From NCBI RefSeq assembly GCF_036321535.1, contig NC_087437.1:10170001-10234000 (forward strand): a DNA stretch of 64,000 nt, in the 5' to 3' direction. The DNA is from Camelus dromedarius. Lineage: Eukaryota. This document shows positions 37,308 to 50,544 of this stretch, piece by piece (position 1 is the first letter of the stretch; each line of letters starts with the position of its first letter). The notes below the pieces were generated by a model. It had not been told where the DNA came from. It did no database searches and worked only from the letters and a program-made list of their open reading frames with translations. Made by a program: the position numbers and the translations under genes.

Positions 37308-38220
37308 GTGTATAGCGGTTTTACATACGTCTGCAGATTCTTTGATATTTCTCCCATGTTGGTCTGTTTGGACTGCTATAACAGAATGCCATACACTGAG
37401 GGGCTTATAAACAACAGAAATGTATATCTCACAGTTCCTGAAGGCTGGGAAGTCAAAGCTCGAAGCATCAGCAGATTTAGGGTGTGGTGAGAGCCTGCTC
37501 CTGAGTCATGGATGGCTTCTTGTCGCCGTCTGCACGTGGAAGAGGGGCGGGAGGGCTCTCTGGGGTCTCTTCTGTAAGAACACTGCTGCATTCATGAGGG
37601 CTCCACCCTCAGGACCTAATCACCCCACGAAGTCCCCACCTCCAAATGCGATGGCATTAGGGGTTAGGATCTCAACACAGGAATTCAGGGAAGACACAAA
37701 ATTTCAGCCCATGACACCTCCCATCAACAGGTGGAGTCTAAATCCTCTCTTCTTGAACATGGCCCAATCACAGTGACTCAGTTTTAATTTTAAAAAAAAT
37801 CATACACGTGACTCTGTATGAGTTCCAAGAAAGAAAAGGCGGTATAACTTCCTTCAGGGTAGAGATCCCCTGTGTGTGTCTGTGTGTTTGTGTGTGTTTG
37901 TGTGTGTTTGTGTGTGTGTGTATGTGTGTGTGTATGTGTGTGTGTGTTTGTGTGTGTGTCCCACCGGACTCTCGGAAGTCATAGTCTCAGAGAGGCCCTG
38001 TGCAGGTATTCCACGTGGCAGCCCCAGCTGAAGCGCCACCAGACGTGTGACTGAACGAGCCTTTAGATGACGGTAGCCGAACAGATGCCTAGTGCAGCAG
38101 AAACAGGCCATCTCCACCAAGCTAACTCTGCCCAAGTGCCAGAATTATGGGCAAAACTGCTGCTGTTGTTTTAAGTCACTAAGGTTTAGGATGGTGACAC
38201 AGCCAGAGAGAGCCAGAACA
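37308..38220 (+). mobile_element. MLT1 LTR (host) containing a nested MLT1 and a degenerate (TG)n at 37871-37958
   Basis: 'gcagattctttgatatttctcc..catcaacaggtggagtctaaatcc', 3' 'tgttgttttaagtcactaaggtttagg'. Confidence 0.7.
37355..37716 (-). mobile_element. MLT1A-like LTR nested in an older MLT1
   Basis: 'ctgctataacagaatgccatacactgaggggcttataaacaacagaaatg...cagcccatgaca'; 5-bp TSD tctcc/cctcc. Confidence 0.8.
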
Positions 38221-38419
38221 CAGTGCTAAATATTGGTCTCTCTAATAGACATGTTATGATGATGAACGCCCCAGTTTCTAGGGCAGAAGATCTGAGAACT
38301 TGAGTCAAAGCACCATCACTACTTACAGTGTGGATAATAAGTCATATACTATTTATCAGCCTCCATTTCCTCATTTATATGATGGGATAATAACCCTCCC
38401 CCAAGACATCCAGAGTTTT

Positions 38420-38705
38420 CCAGAAACAGACTCACAGACATAGAGAACAGACTTATGGTTACCGGGTGGGAAGGGATAAATTGGGAGTTCAAGATTTGCA
38501 GTTACTAACTAACATATATAAGATAGATAAACAACAAGTTTCTACTGTATAGCACAGGGAACTATATTCAATACCTTGTAGTAACCTACAATGAAAAAGA
38601 ATCTGAAAAGGAATATATGTATGTGTATGTATGACTAAATCACTATGTTGCACACCAGAAATTGACACAACATTGTAAACTGACTATACTTCAATTTTTA
38701 AGAAA
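38420..38705 (+). mobile_element. L1 3' UTR fragment
   Basis: 'cagaaacagactcacagacatagagaacagacttatggttacc...actgactatacttcaatt'. Confidence 0.9.
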
Positions 38706-40631
38706 ATGCTCCCCACTCATGCCCCTTAAGGCTCAACTCTCATCTGCTCTGGCTACACCATCAGAAGGCTCTGCAATCTTAAGAATTACTCAGAAAAACA
38801 GATTCTGACTTGAAAAGTTGACTTTTCTGGAAGCTAAATTTCAGAGATACTAAGTCTTTTATTTTTTAATTTTCCTTTAATGTTCTCTAAATGGCATCAG
38901 AAGATGAATTTCAAAGAGGTAGAATGTATTTAAGATTTCACTTACCAAACAGATGCAGTAAAAGATGATATCAAACATCTGCAGTTTTCAATCACATCGC
39001 TAGCAAAGAAGCACAAAACGGTTTTAGCGAAGTGTGTAATTTGGCATCCTTGTCATCAAAGGCAATTTTAAACACATAATTCAAATGCCCATTGACAGCA
39101 GGACTCTCTTGTTGGGTATTAATCTGCCAGGATGAATCTGGGAAAACATCAGTGTCTCTCAATTAGAGGCATAAACTTTAAAAATGAGAAATAAAATCAT
39201 GGTGGCATGAACAGGACACAGGTGGGTAATTGGCAAGCTTGCATAATGTGGAAAAAATCATAGGTTAGAGGAAAAGTCATAACAATAATATAAAGAGATC
39301 AAAGCCCTTTACACACATTATCTCCTTCATCCCCCTGCTCCCCGCTGCAGGGATGTCAGGGCAGATACCCACTGGGGTGATTCTGTGGCCTTTGGCAACC
39401 TGTGCGGCCACCTCGGGTGAGTGCTATGACTTCCCTTCTCTTTTCTGTAATTAACTGTGAGATAACTTTCAAGTCACAGCTGGAGAGGTAACGCAGCATC
39501 AGTTCTTAAACCAGTTTGTCCCTTTCCCCAGCTCGTCACATGACACAGATAACTATCCAAAATATTTCCATCTACAGGTACATTATTAATGGGCTGTAAC
39601 TGTGTCTCTGAAAGAGAGTTCAAAGACATCAAAAGCATCTGTAATGACTAATTAGAGACTTGCTTAACTACACGAGATTGTTTCAGAAAGCAGGTTGGCT
39701 GTGGGACTCATTGGTTGCTCAACACCCCAGACATTTCAGACGTTGGATTTTTTCAGCCAGTCTCCTCAGACCTCCTATTTGAAAGATTATAGACAAGTTA
39801 GAGTCGATGTCTGAGTAGATTTGTGAAAAACAGTGAAAATAAAACACTATTTCACTATCATTCATATTACATTTTCTGCAAGTCAGATTACCAAAATCAT
39901 ATTTCACATCTCTTTATTCACTGTATTTCAGGAAAAAATAAGCCTTTATGAAATACAACTATTTTTCAAATGTTACTCATTCATACATATCAATCAAAAC
40001 TGGCAAGCTACAGCTCATCTTCCTTTAGGGAGAAAAAAGATCACCCTGGTTCAGAACCCTGTCTCTGTGATCTACAAACCTTTATACATGCTAATAATTT
40101 TACTATATCGGAAGATTCTATTGCGTGACTATTTCCTTGATAATCCATCCAAGAATTATGTCTGCTACCTAAAATTCTCTTTGAAAATAAAGTGTTAAAA
40201 CTATGTCTGCACTGAAATTTTAAATCAGTGACTTCACTTCCAAAATATAATTCATTAGGAAGAAGCATAATTTTTTAAATTGCCTGGGAAATACGTATCT
40301 TGATTCTGAGGTACACAGCAAAAGGAAATAGTTGCCTGCAAACTTTGAGTCTGTGTCTGCGTGGAGCTACTGCCTTGAATTTTTGTATAAGATAAAATCA
40401 TTGGTATCCACTTGAGCTGTAACACCCACATTTTCAGGAGAAATGTCACTTTCAGAAGTGGGTCCCTTACAAGAAAGTTGCAGAGGCACTTCAGGACCGT
40501 AATTACTAAGTTTCAGTACTCCCTGATTTGATTAATTTAAGCACTATGTGTAGGTTTTGCATTTACACTGCAATCCAATTGCTTTTACGAAAGGCTACAG
40601 CATCGGTCTGGCATTTTCGGCTACCAGTCAC

Positions 40632-40800
40632 TGAGACTGTTGCTACCCTATGTGTGGTCCTGGGCATCAACTTGGATTCCTTAGAAATGCAGAATCTTAG
40701 GCTCCACTGAACTAAGGCCCCAACCTACTGAGTCAGAATCCGCATTTTAACATGATCCAAAGGTGACTGCTATGCACATAAAACTTGGAGAAGCACTGAG
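40632..40800. mobile_element. MER5A-like hAT-Charlie
   Basis: 'ttagaaatgcagaatcttaggc...tgagtcagaatccgcattttaaca...gagaagcactg'. Confidence 0.8.
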
Positions 40801-41829
40801 TTAAAATACTCTCAGAAAACTAAAACACAAAATTCAAGAGATGTTGCAACACAACTAAAGTTTCTGAAGCAAGGTGGCATATTCGGTCCAACTCATGTTT
40901 CCTCCATCAGATCACTGACACCATCCCATGCCCCTTCTCCTCCATTTTCAAAATATGCCTTGGTCTCTTAGGTAAATCGAGCAAAAATACAGTCAAAGGG
41001 CCATCGTTGGTCCCCTTGTGGATTTTCAGCCATGACATGTTCTGCTTCAATAGCTGAGAAGAGAGACTTTATGTCATACCAAGGAGGGGAAGGAAATCCC
41101 AAAGCGGGAAGGAAAGCAAGAAAGAGCTGTGGCTTCCCAAGAGGAATCTACAGTTTTGCTTTGCTTCAGATATTGTCTAGTTCTTCCTCTCCCTGATTTC
41201 AATTAACTGGCTTCCCATCCTCCAGTGTGACCTACTAGTGTCATCAATGGAAATGAAATGCGTTTGAACTCTTCCTTGCTTCTGTAACATTTTATTGGCC
41301 TCATGTCATTTTACTATGAAAATGTCACTGAACTCTTCTAAATATTAAATTCTAAGCAGACACTGTAAATCAAGACAGTGTCATTCTTCTGGATGTGAAT
41401 AAATTTCACAGAGAGATTTGACAGAGAATACTCCTATTGACATGGAAACAAGGAGTCAGTAACAAAGTGAAAAGTTCCACTAGATAAGAAAGGTCCTCAG
41501 AGATACCTCAAACTATCCAGGCAGAATTTTTCAGATCACAGGGAGGAATTTTAAATGCTGTGCTTTCTCCTCAAAGGTCTTTTAGAATTTATTTCATAGA
41601 AATTATTTCATAATTTATTTCCAGGGAATGTTTAGTATCAACAATCAACACTTTTAAATATTTGGAATACATCTCCCAGGTCACATAGGTTATGATTAAC
41701 TCACCTAAGGTCACCATTAGCCGCATTTGTCTCATGGTTGCCAGATACTGTAAGCAGTTTTCAGGGCAGTAATTTCCACAATTCCACAGGTCCTTTACTT
41801 CAGCCTAAGAAATTTTAATATCTCTATAA

Positions 41830-42400
41830 TTTTGTTCTCGAGCTTAACTAACCCACTTCAAAATCACTTTTTAAAAACCCATCACAGACTCTATGCTCAC
41901 AGATTCTGTGAGTCTCAGGAATTCAGACAGGGCATAGCAAGGGTGGCTTGAGTCTGGCCCATGATGTTTGGAGCCTCGGCTGAGAAGTCCTGCACAGCTC
42001 AGGGTGCCTCAAGTGGATGGGGAATGGGATCCCAGAGCCTGGGCCGGGGTTGCTGATGAACTCTGTGAACCATCTACAGACAGCATCTCTGTACATGGCC
42101 TCTCCGGGTGGCTTGTGCTTCCTCACAATATGGCGGCTTCAGGGTAGTCAGACTTCTTACCCTCCCTCGTAAGCTCACGGCCTCCAGAGCAAGTGCTCCA
42201 CAGAACAGAGCAGAAGCTGCATGGCCTTGTATGAGTCAGCCTCAGAAGTTGCCTAGTCTCGTCCACCACACTCAGCTGGTTGAGGCCGTCACAAACCTGC
42301 TCAGACTCAAGGGGAGGGGACACAGACTCTAACCTCAATGAACATATTGTCAAAGAATAAAAAGTACTGCAAAGGAATAAAATTTTGTGAATATTCCTCC
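41830..42400 (-). mobile_element. MLT1 (MaLR) LTR
   Basis: 'gctcacagattctgtgagtctcaggaattcagacagggc', 'gcttcctcacaatatggcggcttcagggtagtcagacttcttac'. Confidence 0.8.
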
Positions 42401-43139
42401 CACATATTATATATAGAGTTGGAGAGAAATTTTCTTAGCCCCAATACTTATCTCTATAATTTAAAAAAGTAAAAGATAAATTGGCAAATTTCATGATGCT
42501 AAGTTTTCAAAGAGTGAAGTTTGGGGTGAATTCTTTGGTGGTTTTAAAAATCTTTTCTTTTTTTTTGCCCTTGGATGCACATGGAAAATGCTAATTTTGA
42601 AAAAGATTAATGAAATATCTACCAAGGTTGCATACAGGCTGAAGGTGACAATGACAAAACAATGTGTTTTTCAAACAATGTAACACATGTATAGGAAAGC
42701 AATACAGCAAAGCAAAATGAATTAAAATGTGCTATACCCTCAATTGAGAATTTCAATGGGTGACAGCAGAAGAATGTAAAGCCGCCTCATGAAACCCAAT
42801 GGAAAGCATCGATAGTCCAGAAGACCATAGAAGATAGGTAAGAGGAAGAACTATTTGGAAAACTGGGGCTGAAAAAAAAAAGAGCCTGCCAGATCATTCT
42901 GCAAGAAAAAACATTGAATGTTCATTTTTCTAAAAAGTCAAATTCATCTAATTAAAAGTTTTGAGATAAATGTAGACACAGCATAAAGGATATTCATTTA
43001 CGTCTTTCAGCACAGTCTTAATGAGCCAAATGATTTGGTCTAATAAACCATATGTTTTATTGGAGTTCTTATTTTTTAAGGAAACTTCTAAGCAAATTTT
43101 TAGAAATACTGCCTTAAAAAAAAAAGGAATGAGTTAAGG

Positions 43140-43380
43140 AGGCAGCACACATAGGCACTGTGATTTAGCAAAGCTAGTTCTGAAGCCTGCATCCAGCAGT
43201 TACTAATCGTTTGACCTTGGTGATTTTCTTAATCTCCTTGAGCTTTGGTTCTCTACCCTTTAAAATGAATTTTAAAACATTCTTAATATTGTTGTGCGTA
43301 TAAAACCAAATAAAGTATATAAAGTATTCATGTTGCCTAACACAAAATAAGTGCTTAATACATGCTAACTACCACTATGA
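43140..43380 (+). mobile_element. MIR SINE
   Basis: 'tgaccttggtgattttcttaatctccttgagctttggttctctaccctttaaaatg...gtgcttaatacatg'. Confidence 0.7.
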
Positions 43381-43439
43381 TTTTTTACTTTTATTTATAC
43401 AATTATTACTCAAATTCTCCAAAATAATATAGGATCACT

Positions 43440-43975
43440 TGTGGTCTGCAGTGGACATCTTTGATTTGTGGTCATCTAATAGCATTTGAACTCCCTCTCC
43501 AAACTGTGATAGTACCCACATTCCAAAACCTGCCTCCTTTACTTTGGTATCCAAAATACTACATTTCCCAAGACTCCTCGCATTCATGGTGCAGACGCGG
43601 AGCCAACTTTCCCCGAGTCAGATACTCATGGGAGACCAAGATTCAGAAGTGAGTTATGAAAGGAAACTGAGGGCAAAACACACATTTTGATGACACAGCA
43701 TATGATTTTGAAATCAGTAGAAAGAGCCAAAGATTCTGGCGTTGACAGTGGGAGAGAGTTCCCAATTTCCGGCAGACATGGTGTTGGGGCAGACACAGCA
43801 GCTCCCTTGTCTCAGGGACGTTGTTTTGGAAGCTGTTCCTGGAAGCTTGCCTCACAGGATTATTAGAAAGCTGGAGAAACATACCATGGCTAACTGATAC
43901 CCTTAATAAATCCCTCTTGGGTTAAACCAGCTAGAGCAAATGCTGTTGTCTATCACAAATAACCCCGAGTCATGG
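43440..43975 (+). mobile_element. old MLT1-type LTR
   Basis: 3' signature 'cccttaataaatccctcttgggttaaaccagctagagcaaatgctgttgtc'. Confidence 0.65.
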
Positions 43976-45178
43976 AAGTCCCAGTTTGGAACTGATTCTG
44001 GGGTGAAATTCTGTCTTGTTTGGCATCTGTGGATGGAAGTGAGGAAAGCTCAACAGGTGACCATTTGCATGAAGATCCTATTCTAAGAACACAGTCTCAG
44101 TGAGTCAAGAGAATCCAGACTCTCGGGTATGACACCAAAGAAACCCCTCCACATTGCAGGGAATGAAAATTTACTATCAGAGACAAAGTGCAGGATGCCA
44201 GTTCTTTGGAAGATCTCCCAGCCCAGCCTCTGCTTTCGTGCTTGAGTCCTAGCAGAAAAGCTTTGAGAAAATACTGTGTTCTTTTACAAATTCTGTTTAA
44301 GATTTTGAGGCCCAAAGGCCGTGCATCTTTGTGGTCTGTGTGACTGAGGTCAGGACTACAGGAAGGAGAGGCACTGTTTCTCACTTGGAGATTTCTCTGG
44401 AGAAAGAGCATCCAGAGCAGATTTCAAGGCAGGTGAGAACAGGCTCCTCCTTGACCAGCCCAGGAAGAGGAGAGGAAATGGCACTGATGGTTGAGCACCA
44501 TCAGGAGATGGTGTTGTCAAGTTTCAAGGGCTGCTTCACATCCCTTGTGTGGCTGCAGGCATCAGAGTACTTTCTAAAAGTTATTTTTCTTTCCAGGGAA
44601 CCCATGCAGGATTGAAAAATGGATGCCTCGTTGTAGTCAACAGTCAAGAACTGTTCATAAGCGCACATCTTTTGAGAAACAGTTCTGACTGTGGCACAAG
44701 GGAACAAAAGGTAGACTCACTTATATCTTGTTGAAATCCCATTCTCCTTCCTTCCCATGGCTCAGCGTTGTTCTTGGGCTGGTGGATCATGGGGAAACCT
44801 AAGCTGTATTGGGGGAGTTTTTTTCATCAAGCCGTTTTTCTTTAAAGAATGCAATGAGAAAAGATCACGTGGTCCTTAGAAACGGAGCTTGTCATGAGTG
44901 AGTTGCGGATGTGACCTTTTCATCCTTGCAGTCTGGCTGGGTTCTAGGCTGAAATGACAGCGCAGAGCCTGCTGGAACACGCCATGAGGTACAGGGAGCA
45001 ACCTGCTCTTTTGTGTCATTGCATTTACACGTCCCACCGGAAGACTTAGACTGGGTTGATTTGCCTCCACGTGGCAACACAGAAGACCATGACCAGATGG
45101 AGTTTCAACAAAGTCAGTTCGGAGGTACTTGGTCTGATCACCCAGCCCACCTCTGGTTTAGCTTCTAATCCTTTTTCT

Positions 45179-45454
45179 TTCTTTTTTTTTGTTCATTAAA
45201 TATTATTACAAGATAGAATATAGTCCCCTGTGCTATACAGAAGAAACATTTTTTTAACTATTTTTATATATAGTGGCTAACACTTCTGGTTACCAGGGGA
45301 AAGGGAATGGGAAGGGATAAATTTGGGAGTTTGAGATTTGCAAATGTTAGCCACTATATATTATTATTTTTTTAAAATGCAGATACTGGGGATTGAACCC
45401 AGGGCCTCATACATGCTAGGCATATGCTCTACTACTTGGGCTATACCCTCTCCC
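45179..45454 (-). mobile_element. chimeric insertion: vic-1 SINE head + inverted L1 3' UTR + sense L1 3' UTR + poly(A)
   Basis: Single perfect 17-bp TSD cttctaatcctttttct (45162-45178/45455-45471); internal L1 pieces match the L1 3' UTR at ~36670-36830. Confidence 0.85.
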
Positions 45455-47313
45455 CTTCTAATCCTTTTTCTAATCAATATATCCCAGAGTACTTGTATTA
45501 ATTTCCAGCCAATGAGCAATAGCAACTTTTATGAGAAAGAATAGATTCGGAACACAGAGCGATAAGGGTGCTGCAGCACTCAGACCTGCAGGGTCTCCTC
45601 CGTGGTCTGCCAAGAGAATTCTCATCTAGGAGAATTTAAAATTCTGGCACAGCAGCCATCTACTCTGTGCCCTAATTACTACTTTTTGACATTTTTCCAA
45701 TGAGTCTGGCTGAAATCGTGTGTTCTGCCCACCCAGTGGTATAAACATACACTCAGAGATCATTTCTTTGGAGAATACACCAATGGACTGTAATATTTTA
45801 AAGCAGAACTTGCCAACTTCTACAGAACATTAATCCCACCTACGCTATTCTCAAAAAGGGCTCCATGTTCGGTCAACTTCCAATACGAAACACTGACGTC
45901 TAAAGAGACCGATCCCCTATCTAGAAAAAGAGGAGGACGTAGCCTAATGTGGCTGATTGCTAAAGACTTCTGAAGGTCTAAGCCTGGGATTGCAATGTGA
46001 GGAGAGAATCATTATGCTGGGACAGAGGGCAGAATTAAGGGGCATCAGATTTCTCATGGAAACATCAAATTCTAAATAGTGCAGTATGCTGTGCCAACTC
46101 CTTCAAAGAAACTTTCGAATTTTGGCAGACACACACCACTGAGTTGCTGAGTTTCTGGTAGCTAAGAGAAAAAGAAGAACAGGAAGCCAATCAAAAACTT
46201 CTTGCTTGTCATCTGCGCATTCTGGATAAACAATGTTCCATAACTTGGCTGGCAGACTTAGGGACACTTAACAGATGGTGACATGAATTAATCTTTTCAA
46301 GACTCATCAAAAGGAGAAGAAAAAGTATTGTTTATTTATTAGGACAATACTAGCTGTTATAACACAAGAAATACGTATAATGAGTCAAACAGAACAGGTG
46401 TTAATTTTTTGCTTATAATAAGTCCAAAATGAGAGGGATCGTGATAGAGAAAAGCTCTGGTTACTGAAATGCATCATAAAATCCTGGTGAGAATATTCAA
46501 TTCCCAGCCGCCCAGGGCTATTTCACTGTACTGACTTTGCCCTGTAAAGCTGTTATAACCTGAGCAAATTCTTGCCGAAGTATGAAATGGTAAGTCCTAC
46601 CATTATTTTATTTTGATTGCAGGCACAGTATTCCTACATTATAGCAATTTTTTAAAAAGAATAATTCAGTAAAAGTGCTCAATCTCAAAAGAGGTCAAGA
46701 GTCACTCTGGATCAGACATGATAATCAAAATATTTAACAACTGGTCCACCATGGGCACTGAGCACCATACACATGCGAAGTAATTAGACAGGAGGCTAGC
46801 CAACATCCTGGACTATTCATACCAGCTGATATCAACTTGCTCTCTGTTCACACCAGGGGGAGAATGCAGAACTCCTCCAGGTACTCCTCCAGGTACCTGA
46901 CCTCAGGCTATAGGAGGACATCTGGAATTCGAGGATCGCTTCTGATCTAAGGTAGGGAACAGTCAACCCAACCAGGCTCAGCTGTCAGCGCCATGCAGCC
47001 CCCAGCTCCTGATGGATTTGAGTGGGAACATCCATAAACCTGGGAACTCCTTATTTAGGGAACAGGCACCTGTTCTCCAAGAACCTTTGTGGAGTTCGGC
47101 ATCTTGATAGGGAAGAAAAAGGAGCTTATTCCATGCAAGCAGAAGTTCATAAATATGACTGGGATCAGGACCGACTTACCTCATCCCTGGGATACAGGAC
47201 AATGGACACAGGCCCACCTTGTTTGGTAGGTGCAAATCAAGACCGAAATTAGCCAAGACCAGGAAAAGTGTATGAGCATTCCAATGAGATGTCTCTGTCC
47301 TCTCCTATCCCTC

Positions 47314-47856
47314 TGTGATGGACTTCTCTGAGATAACCAGAATTGGTTGGGACCATGTATTGGAGCTCACCCCTCAAGTCCAAGTTGTGTTATCTTGGAG
47401 TAGTGGACATCAGTGTGCCACTCAGGTCCCCTCAGGTCTCTATTATATCACTTTTGTGCACCCCATCCCAGATATGGGGTTTTCAGCAAGCAAGACCTGC
47501 ACCTCATTGGAAGAGGAGACCTGCCCTCAGGCCACTGGAGCCACTTTGCCTGCTGGAAGTGTATGTCCACCCGGATGGGACTTCAGCCAGTGCACAAACA
47601 CGTCCCCTTGCCCAGCTCCTTTGCCTTGGTTCCTGACAACTCTGAGGTGGAGCTGGTACCCCAACATTTCACCCAAGGATGGAGGCAAAGTTGTCCTCTG
47701 TGGAATTCTGCCTGAGACTTCACCTTTCCTCAGCATCTTCCTCTTTCTGTCCCAAGCCCCTATCCTTTTCTACTTTCCCTCAGACACTTCTACAATAAAT
47801 CACTTGCACACAAAATCTCATCTCAGGATCTGCCTTTGGGGAACCTGACCTAAGAT
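47314..47856 (+). mobile_element. LTR16-like ERVL LTR
   Basis: 3' signature 'caataaatcacttgcacacaaaatctcatctcaggatctgcctttgggggaacctgacctaaga'. Confidence 0.8.
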
Positions 47857-49624
47857 GCTTGGGATTCAAAAGACGACCTTCCCTGTAAGGGAGGCAGCTC
47901 ACACTCGTGGATTTTGCAGAAGCCTCACGGATTCCTGGCAGCTCTGAGAAGTCATCTATTTTGCCCCTTAGAAAGACACTGAAAACTACTTAGAATTTGT
48001 TCTGTATGAAGAAAAGATAAATGATACATTTTCTTTTAAGTCTAAAGAATCATACTCTTTTGGCCGAGATGCCTCTCTCCAACGTTCTCCCCTTGAAGTA
48101 TCCAGTAAATAAGTAATCTAACATTTGAAGACAAAACTAAGATAAATGTGTCTCCTTGAGTTTCTAATGAATAGAACTGAGAAGCTGTACAAGAGAAATA
48201 GAAGATCCAATAAGGTCTTCAAGCGAATGCATTTAATTAGCTGGGCTAATAGAGCGGAAGAAGTCCATCTATAATACAAACCAAGAGATTATCCAAAAGT
48301 AATTTATATTTGCTTTAGTTAAGCGGGTTCATTTTCCTATTTGTCTTTGCTTTAGGCAAATATCCAGGTGAGATTTATTTCCCTGAGCACACATCCGCTG
48401 GGACCAGGAAGAGCACGGCAGAGCATGACTAGAAATACACTAAAAAGTAAGGGTAAACAGGTTTGCTACACACAGATGAGCAAGAATTGAATCCAAATCA
48501 TTTAAGTACTAGAAATAAAGACATTTCTCACTACGTTAGAATTCAGTCAGGATCACTCTACGACTCCAGGTACAGAGAGATGATGTAGTGTGTGTAGGTA
48601 CTCAAAAGTCCCCTTCCAATCAGGAATGGCTAAGAACAGGAATGGAAGTTTCCAGAGAGCAGCTTCATTTTTACTCCACAAGAAAAAAAAAAAAAAAAAG
48701 TAAAAGATGGTGCTAGACTACAAATGGAAAATCTGACATATATATTCTTGGATATAAAATGGGTAGCAAATTTTAAAAGGTTAATGAGAAAACATTTTGC
48801 GTGACTTACTGTGGTCAAGTGATTTTATTTATTTAGATGACATTTTGGCTTATGATGGAATATTGAAACTGAAATTAGATTCTCCCTAGTGGATATTGTA
48901 AAGACTGTCATTTTAAAACTCAATTACAAGTGTGGAAAACAGCTTCAGAAAATAATTGATTTAGTATGCTTAATTAGTAATAAAAGAGCCTTTGGATGAA
49001 AAGAGGCTACCAGAAGGGCAAGTTGACTGAATCCTGTTGATTTTGAGAAATTTAGACATCCACATATTGATTTGTCTTGTAGTTAGGAAACAAACTTAAG
49101 ACAAAGTTTGAAAAGCTGAAAGCTTTCAGAAAAAAAAAAAAAGGCAAGGAAAGATTTTAAGGGAGACAAATTATTGAGTAAATAAATCACTTGCTGTTTA
49201 CAATAATATTAAATAAAATAGGCATCTGTGTCTTTACCTTATCACCTTTACTTTGATAGGGCATTCCAGTGAGTATTAAAGAGAATGCTTTTGCCTTTCA
49301 TCAGTAGGTTATTATTTCTACAATACTTACTTCTTTGTGGAAAAGTCTAACACCTTTGACCTTGGCCCAAAGAAGCCAGCCTTGAGGAGGTCACAGTCAC
49401 ATGGGAAGGTACACAGTGACACCTGGGGAGATTCTCCAACGTTACTTTCCTTACTCACTGGGATCCCGAGATTATGAATTATCACCCACCTCAAAGTTGA
49501 ATCACTGCCCTAGTGGCCTACAATTACTAAGAGGGGTGCGGTATTTTTCTCTGATATACTGAATGGATAAAAAGTTGAGAAACACAGAAAAAAAAATCAA
49601 TACATTAAACATTGTTAGTCCTTG

Positions 49625-49965
49625 AGATTGTTTTATCCAGGAATTCAAGTGAAGTCTGGAGTACCTCCTATGTGCTAAGCCTTTTTCAGGGTGCTGGGAC
49701 ACAGGTGCTGACAAAAGAGGAAAGATCTCTGCTCTCCTGAAAAGCTTTAGGGTCCATTATTTTGATTATATTTGCATTTATCAAATTCAGATGTGCTGCT
49801 TATGTGCCAGGCATTGATCTCTGAAAATAATTCTTCCTTTAACCCTCATAACAACTTTATCAGGAATATTCCCATTTTACGGATGAGGGAAATAAATCAT
49901 AGCTAGTAAGGAAGAACCAGAGTTAACTATAACCACATTTCTCCTAAATTTGTGCTTTTAACCAC
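49625..49965 (-). mobile_element. L2 3' fragment followed by MIR
   Basis: 'gagtacctcctatgtgctaagc...ggtgctgggac' and 'tatgtgccaggcattg...cccattttacggatgagggaa'. Confidence 0.65.
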
Positions 49966-50059
49966 TATGTTATGTTTCTTCTAGTGGAAGAAGCAGCCAA
50001 CAAATAAGTTGATAAACAAACATGCCGTTTATAAGAGCTACGAAGGAAAAGAAAAATCT

Positions 50060-50500
50060 TGTCTATCTCAATAAGGGCTCGACCAGAGAAGCAGAACCAG
50101 TACATACATATGCTCTCACCATGTCTGAGCTGGAGTTTGAAGTCACACAGCAGGCGGGCAGGGAAGGAAGATGAATAGCAGGCTGGAATCCCACAGGGAC
50201 AGAGTGAAACCCATGTCCATTCTTGTTGTCTCTGGCCTTGATGACAAGAGAATCCTGTAAGAGCCAGGACTCTTGGAGGCTGAGTCACGCATCTGGCCCA
50301 GCGGCTGCTTCACACCGAGGAGGCAAGTCAGGAATCAGCAGTAACAAGGTGTGTACGCCGCATACAAAACAGCTGCAACCTCCCTCCCAGTCTCCAGCTC
50401 TGGAGAGAAAATTTCCTTAATCACCCTCCTTAACAAGAAATACACAAGACAGGGAATGTGGTCCAACCTAGCCAAACTGATACATCACAAAGCCATTGTG
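50060..50500 (-). mobile_element. old ERVL-class LTR
   Basis: 'agggctcgaccagagaagcagaaccag' start and 'cctagccaaactgatacatcacaaagcca' end. Confidence 0.6.
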
Positions 50501-50544
50501 TATGCTCTGAAATGGAATAGTCAGATGAGGCGGGGCAAACACTA

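Noticed and set aside
47315..47848. 177-aa ORF, the longest in the window
   Set aside because: Coincides with an LTR16-like element and has no recognisable protein similarity.
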